Assembly: GCF_020745735.1 (NCBI RefSeq)
Contig: NC_083413.1
Span: 98,242,409 to 98,306,408, forward strand
From: Hemiscyllium ocellatum
Lineage: Eukaryota
DNA length: 64,000 bases
Direction of reading: 5' to 3'
Both the position numbers and the translations under genes were made by a program. The notes under the pieces were generated by a model. That model did not search any database. It was not told the DNA's origin and saw only the letters and a program-made list of their open reading frames with translations. Below, piece by piece: positions 37,801 to 50,020 of this stretch. How positions within the stretch are numbered: position 1 is the first letter of the stretch; each line of letters starts with the position of its first letter.

Positions 37801-37949
37801 GCAAGGAACTATGAATCATTCTTTTGCTAATTATCTTAGTTGTGTTCTCTATTAATGATCTCCCTGTCAGTCTAAAGAGAGACAGTAATTGCTTCCAGCA
37901 GAAGGGAGGGAGAAGCTCATATTAGATACACGCTGGTGGAAGGTGACAT

Positions 37950-40545
37950 CGAGTCATAGGGTGGTACAACATGGTACAAGTTGTCCATGCTGACCAGATG
38001 TCATAAATTAATCTAGTCCATTTGCCAGCATTAGCACCAAATCCCTCTCAACCCTTCCTAATCATATACACATTCAGATGGCATTTAAATGTTGCAATTG
38101 TACCAGCCTCCACCACCTCCTCTAGCAGCTCATTCCATACACATCAACCTCTGCATGAAAAAGTTGTCCCTTAGGTCCCTTTTAAATGTTTCCCCTCAAA
38201 CCATAAATCTATACACTCCAGTTCTGGACTCCCCAACTCCAGGGTAAGTACCTTGTCTATTTACCCTATCCAGGCCCCTCAGGATTTTATAAACCTCGAT
38301 AAGGTCACTCCTCAGCCTCTGATGGTCCAGGGAAAACAGCTCCAGCCTATTCAGCCTCTCCCTTTCACTCCAACCACTAACCCTGGCAATACCCTTCTAA
38401 ATCTTTTCTGAACTCTTTCAAGTTTCACAATATTCTTCCTATAGCAGAGAGACCAGAATTGAATGTGGTATTCAAAAATGGTCTAACCAATGTCCTGTAC
38501 AGCCACACCATGACCTCCCAACTCCTAATCATTGCACTGACCAATAAAGGAAAGCATACCAAATGTTTTCTTCACTATCCTGTCAACCTGCAACTCCACT
38601 TTCAAGGAACTATGAACCTGCACTCCAAGGTCTATTTGTTTAGGGACACACTCCAGCACTTTACCATTAAGTGTATAAGTCCTGCTCTGATTTGCCTTTC
38701 CAAAACACACTACCTCCATTTATCTAAACTCCGTCTGTCACTCCTCAGCCTATTGGCCCATTTGATCAAGGTCCCACTTTACTCTGAGGTGACCTTGTTC
38801 ACTATCCACTGCACCTACAAATTTGTAGTTATTGTAAACTGACTAAACACATCTCCTATATTCATGTCCAAATCATTTATATAAATGACAAAAGGTAGTG
38901 GACCCAACACCAATCCCTGTGGCACACTGCTCATCACAGGCCTCCAGTCTGTAAAACAACCCTCCACTACCTCTGTCTTCCACCTTCAAGACAGTTCTGT
39001 ATCCAAATGGCTTCTTCCTGTATTCCATGTGAACTCACTGTGCTAACCAGGCTACTATGAGGAACCTTGTCAAACATCTTACTGAAGTTCATATAGAACA
39101 TGTCCACTGCTCTTTGCTGAGTGATCCTCTTCGTTACTTCTTAAATAACTCAATCAAATAGGTAAGATATGATTTTCCACACACAAAGCCATATTGACTA
39201 TCCCTAATCAGTCCTTGCCTTTCCAAACATATGTAAATCCTGTCCTTCAGGATTCCTTCCAGCAACTCGCTCACCTCCAATGTCAGGCTTATTGGTCTAT
39301 AGTTTCCCAGCTTTTCCTTACCACCTTTCTTAAATACTAACACCACATTAGCCAGTCTTCCGACACCTCACCTGTAGCTTTGATGATACATTTATCTCAA
39401 CAAGGGGCCCAACAATCACTTCGCTAGATTCTCACAGATGTCTAGGGTACACTTGACCAGGTCCTGGAGAGTTATCCACTTTTAAGGATTTTAAGTCATC
39501 TAGCACCTCCTCCTCTGTAATATGGACATGTTTCAAGATATTCGACGTTTCTGGCATAAGCCCTTCTTCAGGAATGAGCCCTGAAGAAGGGTTTATGCCC
39601 GAAACGTCGAATCTCCTTTTCCTTGGATGCTGCCTGACCTGCTGCGCTTTTCAAGCAACACATTTTCAGCTCTGATCTCCAGCATCTGCAGACCTCACTT
39701 TCTCCTTCATATTTCAAGATGTCACTCGTTATTTCCCATGTTCTATATTTTCCATGTTCCTTTTCACAGTAAACACTGATGCTAAACACTAATTTATTAT
39801 CTCCCCCTTCTCTCGTGGTTCCACACATAGGCTGTCTTGCTGATCTTTGAGGGGCCCTATTGTCTCTCTGGTTACTCTTTTGTCCTTAATGTATTTGTAA
39901 AGCCCCTTTGGATTTTCCTTAACCCTATTTGCCAAAGCTATCTCATGTTCCCTTTATGTCCTCCTGATTTTCCTCTTAAATATAATTCTATAAGCCGTTA
40001 TGCTCTTCTAAGGACTCACCCGATCTCTGCCGTTTATGTCTGATATCTGCTTCCTTCTTTTTCTTGACTAGAACCTCCATTTCTTGAGTCATCCAGCATT
40101 TCCTCCACCTACCACCTTGCCCTACACCTTCACAGGAACATACCTTCTCTGGAGTTCCATTATTTCATTTTTGAAGGCATCCTATTTTCCAGCCATCCCT
40201 TTACCTGCAAACATCTGTCCCAACCCAAACAACTTTTGAAAGTTCTTGCCTAATACCATCAAAATTGGCCTTCCTCCAATTTAGAACTTTAATCTTTAGA
40301 TCAGGTCAGTGCTTTTCCATCACTATTTTAAAACTAATAGAATTATGCTCATTTGCCCCAAAGTGCTCCCCCACTGACACCACAGTCATCTCAGTCTGCC
40401 TTATTTCCCAAAAAGACATCATGTTTTACACCTTCTCTACTCGGTATATCCACACTCTGAATCAGAAAATTTTCTTGTGCACACTTAAGAATTTCCTTTC
40501 CATCCAAGCCCATACTGTTCAATTTATCAAATGTACATTATTCTA
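37950..40545 (-). mobile_element. Long CR1-clade LINE fragment interrupted by a Penelope-derived insertion
   Basis: Minus ORFs EVVCFGKANQSRTYTLNG, VLVFKKGGKEKLGNYRPISLT, SQYGFVCGKS. Confidence 0.85.
39540..39711. mobile_element. Short Penelope-derived insertion with two divergent hammerhead cores, inside a CR1 fragment
   Basis: Cores at 39544-39571 (-) and 39581-39608 (+). 9-bp direct repeat tttcaagat at 39531-39539 and 39712-39720. Confidence 0.82.
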
Positions 40546-43141
40546 AGGCATTGGTTTTCACATTCAACACCCAGACTACAATTTACCCACTTATGATAGA
40601 CCCATTTGATTTGAGTTCCATTGAATCCAGAGAACACGTAGACATCTACTCTTCCATATAGACAATGAAACTTGTTCTGATCCCCAACTGATGGTAATAC
40701 TGGACCAGAATCAAATCTGGCTTGATGGATCATAGGTTTAATTTTCTGTTGCTAAGTTAGTTAACGTGATTTGGTCCGACTGGATTTATCCATTCCTTTT
40801 TGGGAAGGACATACTATATGGTCACTGTTAGTGTCAGGGTCAATACCAAAGATGAATAGGGTCAACAGCTTCACTTCAATACCTGAGGGCAGACTTGATA
40901 ACATATGAAGATTATGCCATGATCTTGAGAACTGCTAACATTTTTAGAGGTGCAAGGGTCTTAATTGAAATGTAAAGGTAGTGAGGATTGTGTAGATGGT
41001 GATAATCTTGTCATCAAACAGTTTGGATCAGGTGAGAGTTGGTGACAGCCTGTTTGAGTGCTCATACTGTCCCTTGGTTGGCTGTTGGTTCAGAGCCATC
41101 ATCAGCTGATGATCACCAGGTGATGGTCAGAATACCCGTGTGCAGCACGATGCACCGAATGGCCTCCTGCTGCATTATGCCAATTCTGTGATTCTGTTTT
41201 CCTCATTGTTTGGGTGTACACGTGTTTCAACACAATATCAAAATTGAGATTGGGAATTCAGTAACAATCAATCACAATATCTGAACATGTTCCATTGTTT
41301 TAACTCACTGTGTTCTGTTGTACTGTGTAGTTTCTCCCCCATACCCACTCAAGCTCACTTCACTCTCATTGACAAGACCCATCCCGGCTATTCAACTTGG
41401 AAAAGAATGATTTGCATTGATAGAATATCTGTCACAATGATAGGTCTTTTCAAACTGCTTTATGGTCAATGAATCCCTCCAACGTATAGTTGCAGTAGGA
41501 AATGTGACATTGAGTGTTCACAAACACAATGCGGTAATGACCAAATCACTGGTTTCTGCATTAATACCTGGGAGTAAATATTGAACAGAACTCTGGGATG
41601 ACATCCCCAATCTTCATCCCAGGCTGTAAAAGGAACAGGATGTGAACATAGGAGATGGCTCATTGTGAACTTCCAGTCTTCACTTGATTCAGGGAGGATG
41701 CTACAGAATCAGACATTTCCAATCCTTGCTCAAAAAGATGTGAGCTCAGTCCTCGTAATGGTAGGCCAGTCAGTTTAATGTCAGTGAGGAGGCAGGTTTT
41801 ATAAGTAATAATCTGGGCAAAAATTGATAAACACTGGGATATTTCTAGTTCATCACAGAGCCAAGACACATTGTAAAAGGCAGCTTGTGCTTCACTAATT
41901 TAATGGGATTTTTGGATGAAGTAACAGTGAAGGTTGATGAAGGGAATATGTTGGATGCTGTTTTGGAAAAAATTTGACAAAAATGCCACATAAAAGGCTC
42001 CTGACAATGTTGAAGTTCATAAAGTAGGACAGTTGGTATTAGTTTGGATGAAATCATTGGCTACAGGACTGAACAGCAATATTACATCTTTCCTGTTATG
42101 CATTGACCATAACTATGTTCCGTACTCCAGCTGTAGCCTAACCTATCAATAAAACCTCCAATGCTTCAGCTAGTAAGAAAATGTATGATTTTGTGACCAC
42201 TGTATAATCCTCCCACTCACCTTCAAGGACTTGTGGACATTCACTCCAAGGTCCTGTCTCTCATTATGTCGCTCTCTGTTCCCAGTTCCGTGTATTGTCA
42301 CACTGTCTGTCTCCCTGTGTTCACCGGTCAGTGTATTATCTCTCCATCTTTCTTTCTTCCCAGTTGTGTGTTCTCTGCTTGTCTCTCACTTTTTCCAGTT
42401 GTCTCTGTTTTTCTCTCTCTCTGTTCCCAGCTCACTATGTTGTATCTCTGTCTTTCACTATTGCCAGTTCAGTGTATTATCACACTTTCTGTCCTCTCTA
42501 TTCTCAGTTCAGTGTTTTATCTCTCTGTTTCTCTCTATTTTTAGTTGTATGCTCTCTGTTTCTCTCTTTCTCCACTCCCAGTTCAGTGTTTTGTCAGTTT
42601 ATCTTACTGTATTATCAGTTCAATGTGTTGTCTCTTTGTCTCTCTCCATTTCCAATTCACTGTGGGTGTCTCTCAATCTCTATTCCCAGTTCAGGGTGTT
42701 CTCTATCTCTCTCTATTGCCAGTTCTGTCACTCCCTGTTCCAGTTCAGTGTGTTGTCTCTCTGTCTCTCTTAACTCCAAGTTGTGTGTTCTCAATTTGTC
42801 TCTCACCTCTCTCAGTTCAATGCATTCTCTGTTTCTCTCTCTCCATTCCCAGTTCATTGTGATGTTAGCTTATCTCCTTCTATTGCCAGTTCAATATGTT
42901 ATCATTTTTTGTCAATGTTGTCTGTCTATCTCTCACTATTCCCAATTCAGTGTCTTGTTACCCTGTTTCCTTCTTTTCCCAGTTCAGAGTGTTGTATCTC
43001 TGTTGCTATTGCCAGTTCTGTGTTGTTACTCTATCTCTCTCTCTGCATTCCCAATGCAGTGAGATGTCTCTCTGTCTCCCATTTTCAAGTTCATTGTGTT
43101 GCCACTCTGTCTCTCTCTAATCCCAAATCACTGACTCTAAT

Positions 43142-43213
43142 TACCTGGTGGTCTAGTGGTTAGGATTCGGTGCTTTCACCATCATGGCCTGGGTTCGATT
43201 CCCAGTCAGGGAA
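43142..43213 (+). pseudogene. tRNA-Glu(TTC) pseudogene
   Basis: TACCTGGTGGTCTAGTGGTTAGGATTCGGTGCTTTCACCATCATGGCCTGGGTTCGATTCCCAGTCAGGGAA: 72 nt, intact A and B boxes, vertebrate tRNA-Glu body, anticodon loop CT-TTC-AC. The anticodon stem is broken by CpG-type transitions. T9 run at 43227-43235. Confidence 0.82.
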
Positions 43214-43235
43214 CGAGTGCGTTTAATTTTTTTTT

Positions 43236-43503
43236 GGGTGGCACGGTAGCTCAGTGGTTAGCACCGCTGCCTCACAGCACCAGAGACCCAGGTTCAATTC
43301 CCGCCTCAGACAACTGTCCTTGTGTCTGCGTGGGTTTCCTCCGGGTGCTCCGGTTTCCTCCCACAATAGGTGAATTGCCCTGTAGTGTTAGGTAAAGGGG
43401 TAAATGTAGGGGAATGGTTCTGGGTTGGTTGCTCTTCAGAGGGTCAGTGTGGACTTGTTGGGCTGAAGGCCCTGTTTTCACACTGTTAGTAATGTAATCT
43501 AAT
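43236..43503 (+). mobile_element. HE1-type V-SINE with internal deletions
   Basis: Starts immediately after the T9 run that follows the tRNA-Glu copy. Confidence 0.85.
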
Positions 43504-43689
43504 CATTACGTCTCTATTTCCAATTCAGTGTGTTGTCTCTTTCTATATCTAATCCCAGTTCACTGTCTTGTCACTGTCTCTCCCCATTCCCAGGGCAATA
43601 TCTTGTCACTCTTTCTCCCTATTCCCAGTTTAGTTTGCTCCCTCACGATCTATTTCTATTGCCAGTTCATTCTGATGTCCATCATTGTC

Positions 43690-45480
43690 CATCCTTAATT
43701 GTGCAAAGGGCAGTTAAGAGTCAATTTGCTGGTGACATAAAGGTGGGTAGGAAAATGTGTTGTGAAGACAAAACATGTGGCAAATGGAGAACAATGTGGC
43801 AAAGTGTGAAATGGTGCATTTTGGCAGAAAGAATAATAAGGCAACATATTACTGCAATACTATGGCTGAAGAGCTCAGGGATGGAGAGGAATCTGGGTGT
43901 CTTCAGATACAAATCACAGAAAGGTATAGCAAGTAATCAGGAAGGCTAATTGTGTTACATTTTATTGTGAGAGGAATTGAAAGCAAGAGTGTGAAGGTCC
44001 TGCTTCACTTACCCAGGATGTGGGTAAGGCCTCATGTGGAGTGCTGTGTACAGTACCGGTCACTGTACTTACGTTAATGTGTCGAAAGAGGAATAGGTTT
44101 ACAAGGTTAATACTCTGAAGGAGCGGATTGTTCCTTATATTTTTCTCGGGATTTACTCAATACCTGCTGTTAATACCTGACATCTGCTTCCTTCTTTATC
44201 TTGACCAGAAACATACTTACTCTAGTTATCAGCATTCCTTACACCTACCAGCCTTGCCCTTCAACTGAGTAGGAACATACAGTATATTAGACTCCCATTA
44301 TCTCATTTTGAAAGTTTGACATTGTCCAGCCGTGCCTTTACCTGTGAGTATCTACCCACAACCAACTTCTGAAAGTTCTTGTATAATACCATCAAAATAT
44401 GCCTTCCTTCAATTTTGAATGTTCACTTTTAGATCTGGTCTATCCTTTTACATCATTATTTTACAACTTACAGAATGATGTTCGCTCCCCCATTGATACC
44501 TAATTCACTTGCCCTGCCTTATCCCGAAAAGAAGGTCACATTTTGCACCTTCTCTAGTAGGTATATCTACATACTGAATCAGAAACATTTCTTGCACACA
44601 CTTAACAAATTCTTCTCCATCCATGCCCTTAGCAGTATGGTAGTCCCAGTCAATGCTTGGAAAGTTAAAATTCCCTACCATAACCACCCTATTATTCTTA
44701 CAGATAACGGATATCTCCTTACAAATTTGTTTCTCAATTTCCTGCTGACTATTGGGGTGTAAGGGCTCTATTGTACAATCCCAATAAGGTGATCATTCTT
44801 TTCTCATTTCTCAGTTCTACCTAAATAACTTTCCTGTGTGCATTCCTAGGAATATCCTCCCGAAGTACAGCAGTAATGTTATTCCTAATCAAAAACGCCA
44901 CTCCCCACCTCTCTTGCCCCTTTCTATCCTTCCTATAGCATCTATAAACTGGAATATGAAGCTGCCAGTCATGTCCTTCCCTGAGCCCCATCTCTATAAT
45001 TGCTGTGATATCCCAATCCCTTTTCCCAACCACGCCGAGTTCATCCGCCTTCCCTGTTATACCTCTTGCATTGAAACAAATGCAGCTTAATTTATCAGTC
45101 CTACCTCATTCTCTGCTTTGTTCCTGCCTACCCTATTTGATTTGCTCCTTTCCCCAACTGTACCAGTCTCAGACTGATCTCTTTTCTCACTATCTCCCGA
45201 GGTCTTCCCCCGACAGCCCCCTCATACCCCACCTCTGCACCCTTTCCCACCCTGCACTAGTTTAAATCCTCCTGAGCAGCTCGAGGAAATCTCCCTGCCA
45301 GTATATTAGGAGAGGTTGGAAATCTTACAACCTTTAAAAATATTTGAATGAGCACTTGAAATAACATAACATTCAAGACTATGTGACGAGTACAGGGATT
45401 TGGGATGACCATGCCTTTGGTGATAGTTAATATTAGTGAGAACTCGATAGGACAAAGGGCCTTTTCTGCACTGTCCAACT
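43690..45480. mobile_element. Cluster of CR1 fragments (+ about 43690-44120; - about 44170-45300; + about 45305-45480)
   Basis: Minus ORF 44505-44687 VMVGNFNFPSIDW is an APE endonuclease motif; ORF 44821-45033 DITAIIEMGL...GVAFLI. Confidence 0.75.
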
Positions 45481-46601
45481 ATGATTTTATTAAAGGGCCG
45501 ACATAACATTTAAAGTCAAGCATTCCAAATTTGCCAGAACATTTTTGATTTCAACTACATTAATAATGTATTGGTGGTAAAAACTTCAAATCTTTAAAGA
45601 ATCTCTTGAAAAACCAATCTATAAAGCCCCACAAAACATGTCATTTGTCTAAAATATGCCGTTTAGTTTAGAAATCTGATGGAGTGCTTGGGTCATTTGG
45701 GCTCAGCACTAACCTGGAGCATAACAAAAGAACACACAAAGTTTGATCTGAGGAGTAAAAGTAAATAGGAACACAAAAACATATGATGTCATTTCATGTG
45801 GCACCATCTCATTACTTCAGGTTATCCCCAAGAGTCTTCACCATGAACTAATTCCTTTTGAATTGTAGTCACTATTATTATTTATGCAAAACATACCCAT
45901 CAAGTTGCACCTACCAAATCCCATAAATTGTAAGAGGGAATCGGTTTTATGATATTGATAAAAGGATGAATGCAACCTTGGTCCCTCAGGACTCCTAGCT
46001 CCTATTCAATGAATGGCTGAAGTCTCAGTTGTGCCCTCATTTGATTGTTGTGTGATACCAGGTTAAATTACAGCCTCAACTTCATATTAGGACTTAACAC
46101 ACAAACTTTCCTTTCTAGGAAATATGATGATTAAGAATGTAGTTGAATTCACTGTTTCCTTTTATTTTGATCAGAAGCTGAAGTTCCTGACTCATGTTCC
46201 ACGGACCACAACTGCCTTCCGGTACCTCACTGTTATTGAGCAGGATTCAATAATAGAAGGAAATAAAGCAAAACCCTTTCTTCACTGAAATTCATAAACC
46301 CCAAGGCCACAGGGAGGTCATTGCATTGTGATTGGAAGAGGGAAGCCCAATGGATTTCCAATATTCATTCATTAAACATCACTGAAGCTGATCATTGTCG
46401 ATAATCAGATTTCTCAGCATCAATCAAGGATGAAACCATCGATCTTCCTGCTCTGAAAGACTGAAAGAATGGACTGAAAGAAGTGAGCATGAATGTTATT
46501 AATAACTCCAGTGATATTAGGTAGATGAGAACACTCACGGATGATCCAACAGAAACTAGGAACAAATACCCTGGGGTATCACTTCATCCTCTGTACTGAC
46601 T

Positions 46602-46811
46602 TCACAGGGAAATATCTTCAATGGCAGAAGTGTGGACCTCTCCCAATGCCATGCCATAATAGATGGTGTCACCAATCACAGCAACCCATGGCATTGTATT
46701 AGTGGTGAACCTGGCTGCCCACTTCCCTGTGTTGTTGGTGACTATGACTCCATCATTACTCCATCATCCGGTCCTCAGGTACTGAAGCCCAGCATCAGCA
46801 TGTAGACATGC
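46602..46811 (-). pseudogene. ASRGL1: Disabled last coding exon of an isoaspartyl peptidase/L-asparaginase (ASRGL1-like)
   Basis: Minus strand: acceptor ...cccctgaacattag|GC ATG TCT, then ADAGLQYLRT(G*WSND)GVIVTNNTGKWAARFTTNTMPWVAVIGDTIYYGMALGEVHTSAIEDISL*. This resembles the vertebrate ASRGL1 C-terminus as recalled (human GGLIVVSKTGDWVAKWTSTSMPWAAAKDGKLHFG). Frameshift within 46800-46809 and in-frame TGA at 46764-46766. Confidence 0.8.
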
Positions 46812-48999
46812 CTAATGTTCAGGGGTGGGTGGGGTTGAAACAGATAATAATACAAATTACCCAAACTTATTTTTTTTTTGTAAAGAATATATGAATGATT
46901 GACTTTGGAGTTTATTAGGCTCAGCTGCTCTGTTCAGTCTTCAAGCTTCAGAAGGGACTCATTCACTCCGTTCCATCTAACCCTCTGTACAGGTTTTCAT
47001 TTTCTTCTCATGGACTTGATGAACACCCCCTTCAACGGTGCTTACAATATTTCTCTCAACTACATGTGGCACTTTACACCATATTCTGAAAGCTCTTTGG
47101 AGAAGACATTTCTCTTGAATTCTTTATTGGTCTTAATTGTGACCATCTTATATTGATGTCATCTGATTTTTATTCCTCATATGCAGACACCACATTTTTA
47201 CACCCACATCATCAAATCCCCTCAATTTTAAACATACATCAAAGTCGTTTCCTCCTTCTCCTTCCTATGTGAATACACCACCTCTTAAAATTATTTTCCA
47301 CTGTCTTGCCCAATCTGCTCACCTTTCTGGACTCTGCTATTTTACCACAACCTTCCTCGGTATTAGCCATAATCGCCAATTTCCTGTCATCCACATAATT
47401 GTTATACCCCTGATCTCCAGGCACAATTACTTTCAGGACTAGTACCCTGTGGAACAACACATTCTGTCAGTCTGAACAACTAACTTTTAGCTATAGTTTC
47501 TGTTTCTAACCCTATTGTTATCCATTCTGCTACTTCTTCCCTGCATCCATGTCATTACTCTCATTTACTACTAACCTATCCTTTAAAAGTACAGACATAA
47601 ACACACCCTCCCCAATTCCTTTACATATACTGTTATGTCACCAAACAATTCAATAAGGTTTGACACCAATGCTGACTGTTTTTTATTATATCCTCAGTTC
47701 TGGATATTTTACCATTATGGCTTTGAGTAAAAAATGCAATATCTTTCCTACAACCAACTTTAAACTAGCTGGTCTGCAGACCCAGGCTGCATTATTACTA
47801 TGATTGTGATCCAGTAGCTGAAGATGAAGCAATAAAACCAAATACTTTCATCAAATTAATTAATTAACAAATTTATACAAAACCAGTTAGCTCAATGAGC
47901 TCCCCTTGAACTTAAGGTGTCCAAACGTTTAAAAACAAGTTTTAAATATCTGCCAAAATGCTCACTGTTTTGATATGAATGCATTGTCTTTCATTTAGGG
48001 GGAGGCAATGGCCGAGCAGTATTATCACTGGGCCGTTTACCCAGAGACTTTAATAAGCACTCAACTCTAATTTCACAAAGGAATATATCCTTTTTAACAA
48101 GGTATTTTTCAATGATCTTTGTCTTCTCAATGCTGTCATTCCTATTTGAATGACTGTTTTTATGGGGTCGAGGTATAGAAATATATATATATTAATATAT
48201 ACTACACACACATACACACAAACGTGATCTGGGAAACTGCACCCAATTCGCCACTGCAGCATGGGGGAGGTGCAACCCAGAATCAGCAGAACGATTCTGA
48301 GATTTAAAAAGTTTCAATGAGGCCAGGTTATATAATATACATTTGTATCAGCTTGATCAATATTTAAGGTAAAGATAGGTCAAGAGAGATTGTTTCCCTG
48401 GGAAAATGTCAGGGGAGAACAGCCCAGAAATAAGAGAGAAGCGTGAAAATTCAAGGAATACCTTTCAGGGTGATAAATGGATGTGCTTTCTATACAACAC
48501 CACAGAGGGCTTGAAGATAATTCAATGCTGAGACAGATCGACTTTAATCAATAAGGGAATCAGGCATTATGGGGAAAAGGCAGGCAAGTAGAGTTGAGGG
48601 TTATCAGATCAGCCATGATTTCATTAACTGGCAAGTTTTGTCAGAATCAATGAAAGATTACAATCTGAAATGTGAACTCTGTTTCTCTATCCACTGATGC
48701 CTCCTAATGTGCTAAATGTTTCCAGAATTTTCTGTTTTGATTCCTGGCATCCTAAGGCGATGTTGAATAATCTATTGGTTTGTTTTGTTCAGTTCCTTTA
48801 ACACTATACTTGAGTCAATAGTCTTGGCATTGAGAACAATTATTCTCACATTTCCTCTCGCGTTAGTTTCTCAATTTTCCCTCAGTCCATTGAGGCTATG
48901 GTGAAACTGAGAGTTCAATAATTACAACAGAAGGTAAACGAAGATTTACTGACCTGGCCATTGGAGAGTAGAAGCTGCCAGATGGTACTCGAGACAGAG

Positions 49000-49390
49000 A
49001 CATAGAACATACAGCATGACAACAAACTCTTCATTCCAACCTGTTCACGCCAACCAAATATCCTAAATTCATCTAGTCCCACTTGCCAGCACTTGGACCA
49101 TATCCCTCTAAACCCTTCTTGTTCATATACTCATTCAGATGCCTTTTAGATATTGTAATTGTACCAACCTCTATCACTTCTTCTGGCAACTCATTCCATT
49201 CACACACCACCCTCAGCATGAAAAGGTCCCCTCTCACCCTAAACCTCTGCCCTCCAGTCCTGGACTCCCCACCCCAACAGACTTTGTCTATTTACCCTAT
49301 CCATTCCCCTCATGATTTTATATACCTCTATAAGGTCACCTCTCAGCCTCTGATGCTCCAGAGTTAACAGCCACAGCCTATTTAGCTCTC
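49000..49390 (-). mobile_element. CR1 3' fragment
   Basis: Same family as 22965-23410 and 37950-38400. Confidence 0.75.
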
Positions 49391-49481
49391 TCAATAAATC
49401 AAACCGAGTTTGAAAAGATTTGTAACTCAGGTTGAGATTCTGGATGTGAGTTTGCTCACTGAGCTGAAAGTTTTGGTTTCA

Positions 49482-49514
49482 GATGTTTCGTCACAGGCAA
49501 GGTAACATCATCAG
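49482..49514 (-). ncRNA. Hammerhead-like motif at the 3' end of a Penelope element
   Basis: CUGAUGA-U-GUUAC-loop-GUGAC-GAAAC-AUC on the - strand. Confidence 0.6.
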
Positions 49515-49890
49515 TGAGCTTCCGGTGAAGTGCTGGTATTCTGTCCCACTTTCTATTTACGTGTTTAGGTTTGTTTGGGTTGGTGATGTCATTTCCGGTT
49601 CTATTTTTGAGAAGATGGTAGATGGGTTCCAAATCAATGCATTTGTTGATAGAATTCCTGTTGCCATGCTTCTTGAAATTCATGTGCTTGTCTCTGTTTG
49701 GCTTGTCCTAGGATAGATGTGTTGTCCCAGCCAAAGTGGTGTCCTTCCTTACCTATATATAAGGATACTAGTGAAAGTGGGTCATGTCTTTTTGTGGCCA
49801 GTTGATGTTCATGAATCCTGGTGGATAGTTTTCTGCCTGTTTGTCAAATGTAGTGTTTATTACAGTCCTAGCAAGGTATTTTGTAGATGA

Positions 49891-50020
49891 CTAGGAGAAA
49901 GTGAGGACTGCAGATGCTGGAGATTAGAGCTGAAAAATGTGTTGCTGGAAAAGCGCAGCAGGTCAGGCAGCATCCAAGGAGCAGGAGAATCGACGTTTCG
50001 GGCATAAGCCTCAATTCTCG
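49891..50020 (-). mobile_element. Short Penelope-derived insertion nested in another Penelope family
   Basis: Same terminus as 24000-24687, with the hammerhead truncated in stem II. 13-bp TSD attttgtagatga at 49878-49890 and 50021-50033. Confidence 0.85.

Larger units (their letters stand above)
42230..43680. repeat. Pyrimidine-rich degenerate minisatellite (about 35-40 bp unit)
   Basis: Unit approximately ctctctattcccagttcagtgtgttgtctctctgt, repeated dozens of times; interrupted at 43140-43505 by the tRNA-Glu copy and a SINE. Confidence 0.85.

Noticed and set aside
40527-40733. Minus ORF with KFHC...VYVFS, faintly C1q-like
   Set aside because: Motif spacing is wrong and there is no other support.
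40820-40865. Minus-strand TTTGGT...CTGACACTAACAGTGACC resembling a J segment (FG...LTVT)
   Set aside because: Lacks the FGxG motif in one frame, an RSS and a splice donor.
42231-43163. Long ORFs of 180-255 aa rich in Ser/Leu/Cys/Val
   Set aside because: They are translations of the pyrimidine-rich minisatellite in several frames, with no domain signature.
46608-46778. Plus-strand 57-codon exon-like segment with branch point and AG/GT
   Set aside because: It is the antisense of the ASRGL1-like exon, which explains the region far better.
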